Virus record (IMG/VR): IMGVR_UViG_3300032286_001304
Span: 1 to 64,000 of that record
Length of the DNA stretch: 64,000 nucleotides
From: a virus
Direction: 5' to 3' (one strand)
The notes below the pieces were generated by a model. It did no database searches, was not told where the DNA came from, and saw only the letters and a program-made list of their open reading frames with translations. Shown in pieces: positions 35,416-45,563 of the stretch. The position numbers and the translations under genes are program-made. The first letter of the stretch is position 1; each line of letters begins with the position of its first letter.

Positions 35416-35752
35416 GTTTAATAATTGAAAATTTATCGTTTAAGCTCCATCCACCAGCAAATGCTTTACCATTTTTAATTCTAAGCGTTACAATGCAATC
35501 TTCGTCATCACGTTCAATAGCCTGACATTCAGTAGTATAGAATGTTTCTGTTTTATTTATTTCAACTTGTTCTAATTCTACAACTTCCCCGCCAAACATA
35601 TCAACCCAATTTTTAGCACCTTCAAAGGTATTCCATTTTGCCGCATCTTCTATATTTCCTAAATAGGGAGAAGGAAGGTCTTCGCGGGAAAATTCCCCTG
35701 TATGATATTGAATATCATCACCAAATTCTGATTTTACCAAATAAATTTTCAT
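35408..35752 (-). CDS. Hypothetical protein
   Basis: 114 aa ORF. Confidence 0.7.
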   Translation of the reverse strand: MKIYLVKSEFGDDIQYHTGEFSREDLPSPYLGNIEDAAKWNTFEGAKNWVDMFGGEVVELEQVEINKTETFYTTECQAIERDDEDCIVTLRIKNGKAFAGGWSLNDKFSIIKHE

Positions 35753-35763
35753 ACTAAATTTTA

Positions 35764-36246
35764 TTATAGTTTTTGTCCAATAGCTATTTTTCCTTGAAAG
35801 ACACTCATTAATTCTTCGTTTTCTTTCATTTCTAATTTTTTAATTATATTAGTTGTAGAAATATTATCAATTCTATCTATAATACAAATATTACCACCCC
35901 ATTCTTTACATTCGGGCCAACCGCGAACATTTTCTGCTTTGTAATCAGAACCTACAAAAATATATGTAGGTTTTAACATCATGATAATTGGAAGAGGGTC
36001 TGATTCAAAGCGAAGAACCTCATCGACAAACTGCGTATTATATAAAGCCTCTATGCGTTTTGATTGCGTTAATAGTGGTTCCCGATTTTTCTTTTCACGA
36101 ATATATTCATCTGAGTTACACGCAACAACAAGATAATCACACATACTTCTTGCTGTTTTAAGGATATGTAAATGTCCATCATGGGGACAGCGACCTTCTG
36201 GAGCGTCAAAAACCCCCGCAATGAATCCTATTTTTTTATTATTCAT
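35764..36246 (-). CDS. HldE/RfaE domain II-like nucleotidyltransferase
   Basis: GVFD...HDGH, LVVACNSD, VDEV, GSDY, STTNII. Confidence 0.85.
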   Translation of the reverse strand: MNNKKIGFIAGVFDAPEGRCPHDGHLHILKTARSMCDYLVVACNSDEYIREKKNREPLLTQSKRIEALYNTQFVDEVLRFESDPLPIIMMLKPTYIFVGSDYKAENVRGWPECKEWGGNICIIDRIDNISTTNIIKKLEMKENEELMSVFQGKIAIGQKL

Positions 36247-36620
36247 TTCTTTTGAGAGTCACCAGCTAAAACGCGCAGAGAATCCATTTCATCATGATTT
36301 GTAGAGAATTCAAAAACTGTTGAATTAGTAATCGCACGAATTTGATGAACTAATAAACGAGGGATTTCCACAATCTCACCCTTTTTCATAATTACTTTAG
36401 ATTGTTCGGCATTAAGAGGATTAATTGTCATTAACTCAATTTCGCCTTCCCATATTAAGAACACCTCACGCTTCTTAACATGTTGATGGGCGGAAAATTG
36501 AGCACCCGCATTAAAGCGCAAAATTTTCCCACAAAATTCCTCATTATTACATATCCAAGATTCTGAACCCCATCTTTTAGGGTGGAAAGTTGGTTTTAGA
36601 AAAATAGGTTCAATAGTCAT
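36243..36620 (-). CDS. Cupin, sugar isomerase-like
   Basis: KRWGSE.WICN, SAHQHVKKRE, VHQ, FEFST. Confidence 0.8.
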   Translation of the reverse strand: MTIEPIFLKPTFHPKRWGSESWICNNEEFCGKILRFNAGAQFSAHQHVKKREVFLIWEGEIELMTINPLNAEQSKVIMKKGEIVEIPRLLVHQIRAITNSTVFEFSTNHDEMDSLRVLAGDSQKK

Positions 36621-36664
36621 AGATAAATATGAACATAATACCTTAGTTTAGTCAAGATTTTTTA

Positions 36665-37210
36665 TTAAGAATTTTTCAACTTATCAACTAACTCTCTTAA
36701 CTCTTTCATGTAAATTCTTGCTTGTTCATCCCAATCATCACTTAACTCTTTCCAATGAAAGAATGTTCCACCCTGTTCAGTCCATTCTTGCCCATTTATA
36801 ACCTTGTCGTCAATTAAAATATCATATTTATTTCTGCAAATTCTGGCTTTGGAGCCAGTCACTATCCATAAACGATTGATTTCTCTAGGCCAAAACTTCC
36901 GAATAGTGGAAAACTTTCCAGAAGCAGAACCAGAATCAAGAGAACTCTTTGTTAAAAATATCCAATCATCTGATAATTCATTAGCTAATTTTACACAGTC
37001 ATCTGACCAACTATATTTATCCAAAGAAGACCAAAATGCATGACCATTTATCTTTTTCCAAAAATACTTTTTACCACCAGCAATTTCATAAAGATTATCT
37101 TTAACGAAAGATTTTGATGGATATTCAACATTGAACTGAACAGAGGCGGAACGATAAAAATTAATTAGCGTTCCGTCTAAGTCCCAAAACATTCTTATTT
37201 TTTTATCCAT
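36665..37210 (-). CDS. HAD-family 5'(3')-deoxyribonucleotidase-like protein
   Basis: DLDGTL, LT, ILIDD. Confidence 0.8.
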   Translation of the reverse strand: MDKKIRMFWDLDGTLINFYRSASVQFNVEYPSKSFVKDNLYEIAGGKKYFWKKINGHAFWSSLDKYSWSDDCVKLANELSDDWIFLTKSSLDSGSASGKFSTIRKFWPREINRLWIVTGSKARICRNKYDILIDDKVINGQEWTEQGGTFFHWKELSDDWDEQARIYMKELRELVDKLKNS

Positions 37211-37216
37211 TAAGTA

Positions 37217-38863
37217 TTAAGATTCGCAGGATTTGCAGGTCAAAATAGAACGAACAAGTTCTTGCGCTGGATTAGAGGAACGCTGATAATAAAGTCCCTT
37301 TACTCCATTTTCCCAAGCAAAAATCATCAATTGACTTACATCTTTAGGTGAAGCTGTATGAGGAATAGTCAAATTAAGACTTTGACCTTGATCAATATGT
37401 TTCTGACGAGCACCAGCTTGAATTATAATTTCTTTCTGTGAGATTTCGCTAAATGTCTTAAATACATCTTTTTCATCTTCAGAAAGAAAATCTAAATGCT
37501 GGACGGAGCCACCACGAACAAGAATAGAATCCCAATTTTGTTTATTATTTTGACTTTTCTTTTCTAATAGTTCAATTAGATATGGATTCTTGTAGGTAAA
37601 CTTACCCTTAGCCAAATCTTTAACAAAGTAATTGGAATTTAACGGTTCGATTGATGGACTTACTTGACCAAGAATGAAAGAGCTGGAAGTTGTCGGAGCT
37701 ATCGCAATAGTAGTAACATTCCTACGACCATATCCTTTTAGTAACTCCGGTTCTCCAAATTTTTCAGATAGAGTTTTTGTTGCATTATCACACTTTTCTC
37801 TTATCACCTTAAAGATAGAAGAATTTAGTGATTTAGCACGCATTGATTCAAAACCAATCATCTTACTCTGCAAATAAGAATGCCAACCTAGAACGCCAAG
37901 ACCTAAAGCTCTTTGGTTTTTTGCAAAATTATGAGCAGCAGACATATGCTTGATTCCATCGGTTTTATTTACGAACTCTTGATTTACTGCATCTAAGAAA
38001 TAAACTAAGGTTTCAACCGCATCGGTATTTTTTATCTCATCCCAATGTAATAGATTTACAGAAGAAAGGACACATACAAAACTTTCGGATTCAGAACTGC
38101 TTAAACAAATCTCATTGCAAAGATTAGATGCAAATACTTTTTTATTCTTATCTTTATAGACTTGTGGAGCATTGTTATTGATATTATCAATAAAGCTAAT
38201 ATATGGGAATCCAGTTTCAAATCTCTTTTTGATAATAGCACCCCAAATCTCGCGCTTATCTTTATCTCCAGCAATCATTTCTTTCATCCACTCATCAGTA
38301 ATTGTGACTGCAAAACTCATTTCTTGAATAGCATTGCCTTCATCTCTGATTCTTAGGAATTCTTTAATATCAGGATGTTCTACTGGTAAATAGGCAGCAA
38401 ACGCACCTCTTCTAGCTGAACCTTGAGAAACAACAGTAGCAATTTTATCAAAAAGCTCCATGAAATGAACTGGGCCGCTTGATTCCCCTCCTACACTAAT
38501 TTTAGCACCACGATTTCTTAGTTGTCCGAAATATCCAGAAGTTCCTCCTCCCATCTTTGACATTATTCCAACTTCAGAGGCTTTATCTAAAATGCCCTCC
38601 ATTGTATCTGGAACAAAAGAACCAAAGCATGAAACTGGAAGTCCCCGCTTATTTCCAAAGTTAGTCCAAATAGGAGTAGCTAGGGAATAATAACCCTTAT
38701 GCATATAGGATTCAAATTTATCAGCGAAACCATTGATACCTAGTATCTTTTCAGCGGCTTCGGATATTTGACGAATTCTTTTTTCTGGACTTACTCCCTT
38801 TTCGAGATAGTCTTTTGAAAGAAATTTGCGAGAATCTTCATTTAGCCAGTAAATATTATTCAT
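37217..38863 (-). CDS. nrdA: Class I ribonucleotide reductase alpha subunit, no ATP cone
   Basis: PVSCF, SNLCNEI, APTTSSS, LYY, C-terminal CKSCES. Confidence 0.96.
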   Translation of the reverse strand: MNNIYWLNEDSRKFLSKDYLEKGVSPEKRIRQISEAAEKILGINGFADKFESYMHKGYYSLATPIWTNFGNKRGLPVSCFGSFVPDTMEGILDKASEVGIMSKMGGGTSGYFGQLRNRGAKISVGGESSGPVHFMELFDKIATVVSQGSARRGAFAAYLPVEHPDIKEFLRIRDEGNAIQEMSFAVTITDEWMKEMIAGDKDKREIWGAIIKKRFETGFPYISFIDNINNNAPQVYKDKNKKVFASNLCNEICLSSSESESFVCVLSSVNLLHWDEIKNTDAVETLVYFLDAVNQEFVNKTDGIKHMSAAHNFAKNQRALGLGVLGWHSYLQSKMIGFESMRAKSLNSSIFKVIREKCDNATKTLSEKFGEPELLKGYGRRNVTTIAIAPTTSSSFILGQVSPSIEPLNSNYFVKDLAKGKFTYKNPYLIELLEKKSQNNKQNWDSILVRGGSVQHLDFLSEDEKDVFKTFSEISQKEIIIQAGARQKHIDQGQSLNLTIPHTASPKDVSQLMIFAWENGVKGLYYQRSSNPAQELVRSILTCKSCES

Positions 38864-38868
38864 AAAAA

Positions 38869-39834
38869 TTAAAATAGTTCGTCGTATGATTTGTTAGATT
38901 TGCTATATTCAACAGGACGAGATTTGAAGAAATCTGTCATATTATTTCCTAGCAACTCTTCATAGAACCAATCTGTATTAGATATTAGCTTATTGTCAAT
39001 ATCAAAAACTTCAGAATATCCAATTTGTTTTAAAGATTCATTAATTCTAAATTTAATAAATTCTTTTAGAATAGTTTTTGAAATATTCTTTTCTGAAAAA
39101 TCACCTAACATCCAATCTATAATCCTACATTCAGCAGCATATGCGTCAAGTGCTTCTTCTTTTACTTTTTCTTCAAGTTTAGAATCGAATAAGTCTGGAT
39201 ATTCTTCTCTAAGAACATTTATAATTTTAATACCTACTAAAGCATGAATATTCTCTTCATTTCTTGTATATCTAACTTGCTGATCTGTATCTTTTAATAC
39301 ATTTTTGTTGCGTGCAAACCAATTTACAATATAGAATTGGCTAAATAATGAAACATTTTCAACAAAAAGAGTAAATAATATTAAAGCGTAAATATATTGT
39401 TTTTTATTATCTTTATAAAATTTATGAGTATATTTTCTTAGATATTTTACCCTACCTTGAATCCAATCAAGTTTAAGATTTTCTTCAAATATATTTTCTA
39501 TGCCTAAAACAGTTAAAAGACGCTCATATGCATTATTATGAATAACTTCTACATTTGCCATAACATAACCCATATCGGCTAGAGATGGATGCGGCAAATT
39601 TTCACCTAATTTAGCCCAAAATGTCTTGACTGCTACCTCAATTTGTCCAATAGCAGATAATGCTCTAGTAATGACTTCTTTTTCTTCTGGAGATAAATTT
39701 ACGTTAAAGTCTTGTATATCTTGAGTAAAAGAAAACTCTTTATCGCTCCAAAATCCATTATGCATTGCATCAATAAATTCTTTTGTCCAAGGATATAAAT
39801 TAGGTTTGCGTGAAATTTGTTCGTCGAATAGCAT
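38869..39834 (-). CDS. nrdB: Ribonucleotide reductase beta subunit
   Basis: EVIH..AY, ENVSLF, EENIH, DFF. Confidence 0.95.
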   Translation of the reverse strand: MLFDEQISRKPNLYPWTKEFIDAMHNGFWSDKEFSFTQDIQDFNVNLSPEEKEVITRALSAIGQIEVAVKTFWAKLGENLPHPSLADMGYVMANVEVIHNNAYERLLTVLGIENIFEENLKLDWIQGRVKYLRKYTHKFYKDNKKQYIYALILFTLFVENVSLFSQFYIVNWFARNKNVLKDTDQQVRYTRNEENIHALVGIKIINVLREEYPDLFDSKLEEKVKEEALDAYAAECRIIDWMLGDFSEKNISKTILKEFIKFRINESLKQIGYSEVFDIDNKLISNTDWFYEELLGNNMTDFFKSRPVEYSKSNKSYDELF

Positions 39835-39967
39835 AAAATTAAGTTTGTGGGAGCAAGATACACTTGTATCTTTGATTAAAAAAGAAATATTATAATTACT
39901 CTTTTTATATTAAAAGTCTATTAATTTTAGTGTAGAAACTCGTTATTGATTTTTTATAAAAAAATCT

Positions 39968-40219
39968 TTAATTGTTTTTAGTAAATCCAATAAATTTGAA
40001 TATTTTTCTAAATTCAGATTCAGGCCCACACCAAGTAATTCCATTTTCATCATCGGTTAAATCTGACCAAGTATAAATTATTGGTTCATCTGTTAAATTA
40101 TAATTATCTACATCTTCATCAGTTTCTATAAGTAAAACTTGATGTTTAGTTCCTTTTTTATTTTCCTTTGTTAATGCAAACCATCTTTGACCAACTTTTA
40201 TCTCCTGATTATTCGACAT
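39968..40219 (-). CDS. Hypothetical protein
   Basis: 83 aa ORF. Confidence 0.65.
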   Translation of the reverse strand: MSNNQEIKVGQRWFALTKENKKGTKHQVLLIETDEDVDNYNLTDEPIIYTWSDLTDDENGITWCGPESEFRKIFKFIGFTKNN

Positions 40220-40403
40220 TATTATTGATTTCTTTTATTTTACAATTTAAGTAATCCGCTTCTTCGCGTGTGGCATCACGCCAATTATATGCAATAACAA
40301 AATCACCTCTATAACTAAAAAATTTTCTTTTTCCAGTTAAGACCTGTAAAATCTGTTTTCCAAATATATTTTGGCGAAATCCAAATTTAATTATTTTTCT
40401 CAT
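40209..40403 (-). CDS. Hypothetical protein
   Basis: 64 aa ORF. Confidence 0.6.
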   Translation of the reverse strand: MRKIIKFGFRQNIFGKQILQVLTGKRKFFSYRGDFVIAYNWRDATREEADYLNCKIKEINNNVE

Positions 40404-40405
40404 AA

Positions 40406-40951
40406 TTAAGAGCCGCTACTTCCAAATCCACCATTACCACGCTCTGTTTCATCTAAAGATAAGTATTCAGCAATAGAAACTGAATGTTGCATTGTTACAA
40501 TTAATTGAGCAATTTTATCTCCAATTTTATAAATTCTATTTTCATCAATTTCAATTCCAAAATTAGGCCATTTTTCTGGATTTAGAAATATAAAATCTTG
40601 AGCCTGTGGAATATATTTATAACGAATCATTAGACTGCCAGTATATCCAGAATCAATTAAGCCATAACTATTAGATTGAATTAAATTAGTTTTACTAATA
40701 GATGAACGTGGTGCTAAATAAGTAAAGTAATCATGGCGTTCCCTAAGATTAGAAGTAAATGATATTGGCTGAATGCTAATTCCACAATCATATTCAATAT
40801 AATCAATTCTTTTATACAAATTTGTAAATCCATCCAGTGTTTCGCCTACAATTTTCATTGAATAGGCATAAACATCTAGTCCAGCATCGCTTTCATTTGC
40901 GCGAGTTGGAATTTTTGAATCTTGATAATTTTTTTTTACTTTTAGTATCAT
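40406..40951 (-). CDS. dut: Trimeric dUTPase
   Basis: AGLD, PRSS, GLIDSGYTG, KIAQL, RGNGGFGSSG. Confidence 0.95.
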   Translation of the reverse strand: MILKVKKNYQDSKIPTRANESDAGLDVYAYSMKIVGETLDGFTNLYKRIDYIEYDCGISIQPISFTSNLRERHDYFTYLAPRSSISKTNLIQSNSYGLIDSGYTGSLMIRYKYIPQAQDFIFLNPEKWPNFGIEIDENRIYKIGDKIAQLIVTMQHSVSIAEYLSLDETERGNGGFGSSGS

Positions 40952-40977
40952 ATTATTTTAATATATTTTATATAATT

Positions 40978-41424
40978 TTATTTATTTTTTTTATTAACTT
41001 TTGTTTTTTTATTTTTAATAATATGCATTTTGTTAAATTCATCTTCAAGTTCCTTATCAAAAACTAAATCTTTGCATTTATCAATGGCTAATAAGCAAAC
41101 AAACGCCATAATACATTCTGAAGCTACATAAACAGGTTCGGATTCTAAAATATGATCTAAATCAAAACCCTCCTTATCTAAATATTTAACTTTTTCTGTT
41201 TTTACTACAACACCAAAAAATTTATTTTTCTTAGTTTTATTTATACCGATAAATCCAACTCTTGGAGCTATAGAGTTTGGATAAATAACATAACTCAATG
41301 TTTCATCTTGTTTTTCACTATCTTTTGGATGATATTCGCATTCAAATGGAATATTATTAGTTGTAAAACATTCTAAAATTTTGTTATGATATTTTTCGAG
41401 TGATATATTTTTTATATTTAACAT
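40978..41424 (-). CDS. Hypothetical protein
   Basis: 148 aa ORF. Confidence 0.7.
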   Translation of the reverse strand: MLNIKNISLEKYHNKILECFTTNNIPFECEYHPKDSEKQDETLSYVIYPNSIAPRVGFIGINKTKKNKFFGVVVKTEKVKYLDKEGFDLDHILESEPVYVASECIMAFVCLLAIDKCKDLVFDKELEDEFNKMHIIKNKKTKVNKKNK

Positions 41425-41425
41425 A

Positions 41426-42226
41426 TTAATAATTTGTAATTAAAATTTCTTTATAATCTTTATTTTTCTTTCTGGCTACCTTTTCATAGTCAAATTCTAA
41501 ATAATGGACTTTGTATTTAGATTCGATTAAAGACTCTAGTAATAGAGATTTCTCATCGCATAGGACGCCAGATACGGCGAAGGTTGCCCCAGCCTTATCT
41601 GCTTTATTTAGGTAGTTAGATAGATTGATTTCTTTTTCTATACTCCAGTAAGCATTATATCCTGCCTCTGTTTGATAGTAAGGAGGGTCACAGTAAATAA
41701 AGGTCTTTGAAAGGTCAAATGGATGAACGCTCGAAAAATCTAAACTTGTATAATATAACTTATTTTTAAACTTCTCAATATGTTCAACCCATTTGTTTAT
41801 TTTTAATTCTGTATTTTTATTAAAAGTTCTTTTTCCAAAAGTTTGATTGAAATAGAAAGACTTATTAAAACGCATCATGTTGTTTGTGCAACTCAACATT
41901 AACGCGAATAACTTTTCTGGAGATTTTTCTGAATTGTAACTATCTCTTAGTGTATGATAAAGATTTTGGTCATCTTTAGCTGGACATAGCAGCTTTACTC
42001 TTTCTACAAAAGATTTATCATTAACTAATGAATAATGAATTTCTACTAAATTCTTAATTATGTCATTAGCCCAGATTTTTTCATATTTATCTAAAATATT
42101 TGTGTAAACAGAACCTCCACCGCAAAATAAATCCAAAAAATATGGTTTTGAATAATCAAATTTAGGTAGAATCTGTTCTAAAAGTTTATATTTAGAACCA
42201 GTATAATTAAAAGGTGTTTCTATCAT
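41426..42226 (-). CDS. dam: Dam-like DNA adenine methyltransferase
   Basis: YTGSK, DLFCGGGSV, DPPY, EILITNY. Confidence 0.93.
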   Translation of the reverse strand: MIETPFNYTGSKYKLLEQILPKFDYSKPYFLDLFCGGGSVYTNILDKYEKIWANDIIKNLVEIHYSLVNDKSFVERVKLLCPAKDDQNLYHTLRDSYNSEKSPEKLFALMLSCTNNMMRFNKSFYFNQTFGKRTFNKNTELKINKWVEHIEKFKNKLYYTSLDFSSVHPFDLSKTFIYCDPPYYQTEAGYNAYWSIEKEINLSNYLNKADKAGATFAVSGVLCDEKSLLLESLIESKYKVHYLEFDYEKVARKKNKDYKEILITNY

Positions 42227-42552
42227 GATTTATTTATATAAATTTTAAATCCAAACTCCATCAAAGTGCAGTGATTTAAGTTATCAATCAAATAATTTAC
42301 GAACATATCATTGAATGTTCTTTTATCTAAAACTTTAAAAATATTTTTATTTATTCTCTTATCATTGAAAACTTTGTAACATATTATAGAAATACATAAA
42401 TCCTTTTGATATATGAATGATTCATGTGGATAAAAATTAGCTATATGTTTTTCTTTAGCTTTTTTAGGATTTTCTGCATAACTTAGATAAATATATTGGC
42501 TATATCCTTCTCCAGTAGCGCAATGCTCATGATAAGTTAAATAATAATGCAT
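42223..42552 (-). CDS. Hypothetical protein
   Basis: 109 aa ORF, ATGA-coupled. Confidence 0.7.
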   Translation of the reverse strand: MHYYLTYHEHCATGEGYSQYIYLSYAENPKKAKEKHIANFYPHESFIYQKDLCISIICYKVFNDKRINKNIFKVLDKRTFNDMFVNYLIDNLNHCTLMEFGFKIYINKS

Positions 42553-42554
42553 TT

Positions 42555-42803
42555 TTATTTTTTGGATTTATGAATCAAACATCCTTCACACGGAACCAAA
42601 TATCCCATTTCTCTTCCTTGTATTGTATCTTCACGATATATATTCAGTCCAGTTGCCGAACAACACTCCTGCGTCCCAAAATGTTTAGTGCGTAAAAATA
42701 TACATATTTTCCCTTTGTTCCAATCAATCGCACAAGTTGGTTGTCCAAATGGAGTGTAAAAAGCTTTTAATTTTACATTAATTAGTTTTTCTTGTTTTTG
42801 CAT
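42555..42803 (-). CDS. Cys-rich hypothetical protein
   Basis: 82 aa ORF. Confidence 0.65.
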   Translation of the reverse strand: MQKQEKLINVKLKAFYTPFGQPTCAIDWNKGKICIFLRTKHFGTQECCSATGLNIYREDTIQGREMGYLVPCEGCLIHKSKK

Positions 42804-42960
42804 GTTTTATGATTATCTTATCAGTATCTTTTATTGCATTACCAGCTAATGCTCTAATGACAGACTCGGCTCCTTTGAATGCATATTCCCTTGTCAATTC
42901 GGGAACAGTATAAATAAATGTTTTAGTCCCGTTCCTATGTCTAATGACTTTAAGTGGCAT
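42778..42960 (-). CDS. Hypothetical protein
   Basis: 60 aa ORF. Confidence 0.5.
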   Translation of the reverse strand: MPLKVIRHRNGTKTFIYTVPELTREYAFKGAESVIRALAGNAIKDTDKIIIKHAKTRKTN

Positions 42961-45562
42961 TTTCTAGCTCCTTTCTGACCACACTTGCTTTCAATACGGT
43001 CGGAACCTCTTGTTCGACAATTTCTTTAACGAAATATATCTCATCTGTTTCACTAGTTACTTTTTTGGATAGGTGTATCACGGCGATTGAGTCTTCCTTC
43101 AAATTAACGAGTTCGTTCAGCAAGTCAAGCTGGAATAGCATCACAACCAAAGAATCTGTGTCATCTTTTATTGTGTATCTGACATAATCTTTTTTATTCT
43201 TAGAAATTCTTTTTTCTATTTCTTTTATTTGACAAATACATTTATAATCTCCTTGTGGCAGAGCTTTTAATGTTTTTAAATCATGCAATCCGATTATATG
43301 TTTACTATAAATAGATTTTAGCGAACCAGAATAAGAAAATCCAACATATTCATTTTCAGCAATCCATTTTGTAAGTTCTTCAAATCTTGAATTTCTAATA
43401 TATTTTTGCCAAAATGGAATATAATTCTTTTTTATTGTATCTCTTCTTGATTCTTTTATAAAAGGTTTTCCTTTTAAGTCTTTTAAATCTTCAACACAAG
43501 CCTTTATACAAGCCTCTAGGTTATAATTATATTTTTCACCAATGCTATGAATGATTGGCTTTTCCTTTGGAGTTAAAAGTTTATATAATTCAAGTTGAGC
43601 AATTAATTTATTTCTAGTGCTATCTTTGTTATATTCATCAAAGCAACCAGACATAATTAGGGAAGACGCCAAATTAATTGGAATTCCTGCTTCTGTTATT
43701 CCAGAAAATAAAGAGAATTTATTTTCAACAGCAATTTTAAATTCATGGATTTTATCAATTGCTTTTCCAGCAACACCCTTTACATTTGAAAGACCAATTC
43801 TGATTGCCCCATTTTCAATCACATGGTCATCTTTTGAGCAAGAAAGAGATGGAGGTAGTAATTTTATTCCTCTATCATCCATTTCCTTTTTTATTCTTGA
43901 TACATTTATAATTCTATCTTTTGGAGAATCATAACGAGTCATCTTCAAGCACGCCCAATAAAACTCGACTGGATATTTTATCTTTAACCATATCGTTTGC
44001 GCTGTAATCATCCCATACGAGATGGCGTGACATTTCGCAAATTGATACCCACCAGACTCTTCCGCTATTTTTAGAAGAAGATCTACAACAGTTTTTTCTA
44101 TACCATTCTTTTCGCAAATTTCTTCAATTTCTTTTTTTACTTTTGGAATCTCATCAATTTTCTTTTTACCAAGAGTTCTTCTAGCCATTTCAGCTTTATT
44201 TGGGTCCATTCCTACATTAATCAACATCTTTAGATATTGTTCTTGAAACAAACAAATTCCGCCAGTTGGTTTAAGAACATCATCAATTACAGGATGAATA
44301 GTTTCATAAACTGAATTATGAACATAATTTAAATATTTCTTTAATCCGCTTATAGCACCGGGACGACTAATAGCAAGAGCATCTGCAATTTGAATAAAAT
44401 TCTTTGGTTTTATTTGAATTGCAATTCTTCCTTGAGCCTCAGACTCAAATTGGAATATTCCATACATATCTTTGGCATCTTGAAGCCATTGATAAATAAT
44501 ATTATCTTCGCAATTTATATCTTCGACCTTGATTCCAGCCGCTTTACAACAATCATAAACGACAGATGCGGTTTTTAGTCCTAGTTCGTCAAATTTAAGA
44601 GTAAGCTCTTGTGCGGTATACATATCACAAGAATTTGAAATGGCATATTCCCCTGTTTCTTCACCTTTTGTAAGCTGAAGGGGCATTAAATTAGCTATTT
44701 CATCATGTGAAATCAAAACAGCGGAAGCATGGCATCCGACTGATTTTTTAAGACCTCTTAACTTTAATGACATCCTGATTACTTCAGAATGATTCTTAGC
44801 CCATTGTTTTAACTTTACATTTTCTTTATTTTTGTCATTTGAAAGGGCATCACCTAAGTCTTCGACTATGCCGAATTGCTTATCGACGAGGTCGCTTACA
44901 TCATTTGCTTCGCTTTCAGAAGATTCCTCGTAACATTTTAAGACTTCTTTTAATAGAATCTTTGTAGTTAGGGAGCCAGTAGTTAGAAGTTTAGCCGTTC
45001 TATTTGGATATTTTTGATTTAGATATTCAATAACCTCACTTCTTCTGTAAAAACATAAATCTTGGTCAATATCGGGAGCAAGAGAACCGTCGATGTATTT
45101 TATTCCATCAATAAAACTTGTTTTTGCGCGGGCTGGATTTAGAAATCGGGTAAAGAAAAGTTCATTCTTAATTGAGTCAATCTTAGTAATTCCTACTAAA
45201 TAACAAACAATACTTGAAGCTACTGAACCACGACCTGGACCAGTTGGAATTTCATTTCTACGGCAAAAGTCACAAATATCCCAAACCATCAAGATGTAAT
45301 CAATAAATCCAAGAGTCTCAATAACATTTAACTCTTCTTTTATTTGATTGGCATACTTTTGATTTAGCGATTTATCTATTTTGCCAACTATTTTATCACG
45401 AAATCCCTTTCTGCATAGTTCGGTTAAAAACTCTTTATTAGAAACTGATTCTGGCAGACCAACATATTCGTATTGAATCTTTGAAGGTTTGAATTCTGGT
45501 AAACGAACTCCGTTAAAAAGAACAGGAATTTCGTATGAAGTAAATTTTTTGGAAAAAGACAT
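42950..45562 (-). CDS. dnaE: DNA polymerase III alpha-like catalytic subunit lacking the PHP domain
   Basis: GPGRGS, PDIDQD, HASAV, KFDELGL, GIFQFES, FAKCHA.SY, GLSNVKGV, C-terminal OB fold. Confidence 0.95.
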   Translation of the reverse strand: MSFSKKFTSYEIPVLFNGVRLPEFKPSKIQYEYVGLPESVSNKEFLTELCRKGFRDKIVGKIDKSLNQKYANQIKEELNVIETLGFIDYILMVWDICDFCRRNEIPTGPGRGSVASSIVCYLVGITKIDSIKNELFFTRFLNPARAKTSFIDGIKYIDGSLAPDIDQDLCFYRRSEVIEYLNQKYPNRTAKLLTTGSLTTKILLKEVLKCYEESSESEANDVSDLVDKQFGIVEDLGDALSNDKNKENVKLKQWAKNHSEVIRMSLKLRGLKKSVGCHASAVLISHDEIANLMPLQLTKGEETGEYAISNSCDMYTAQELTLKFDELGLKTASVVYDCCKAAGIKVEDINCEDNIIYQWLQDAKDMYGIFQFESEAQGRIAIQIKPKNFIQIADALAISRPGAISGLKKYLNYVHNSVYETIHPVIDDVLKPTGGICLFQEQYLKMLINVGMDPNKAEMARRTLGKKKIDEIPKVKKEIEEICEKNGIEKTVVDLLLKIAEESGGYQFAKCHAISYGMITAQTIWLKIKYPVEFYWACLKMTRYDSPKDRIINVSRIKKEMDDRGIKLLPPSLSCSKDDHVIENGAIRIGLSNVKGVAGKAIDKIHEFKIAVENKFSLFSGITEAGIPINLASSLIMSGCFDEYNKDSTRNKLIAQLELYKLLTPKEKPIIHSIGEKYNYNLEACIKACVEDLKDLKGKPFIKESRRDTIKKNYIPFWQKYIRNSRFEELTKWIAENEYVGFSYSGSLKSIYSKHIIGLHDLKTLKALPQGDYKCICQIKEIEKRISKNKKDYVRYTIKDDTDSLVVMLFQLDLLNELVNLKEDSIAVIHLSKKVTSETDEIYFVKEIVEQEVPTVLKASVVRKELENAT

Positions 45563-45563
45563 G

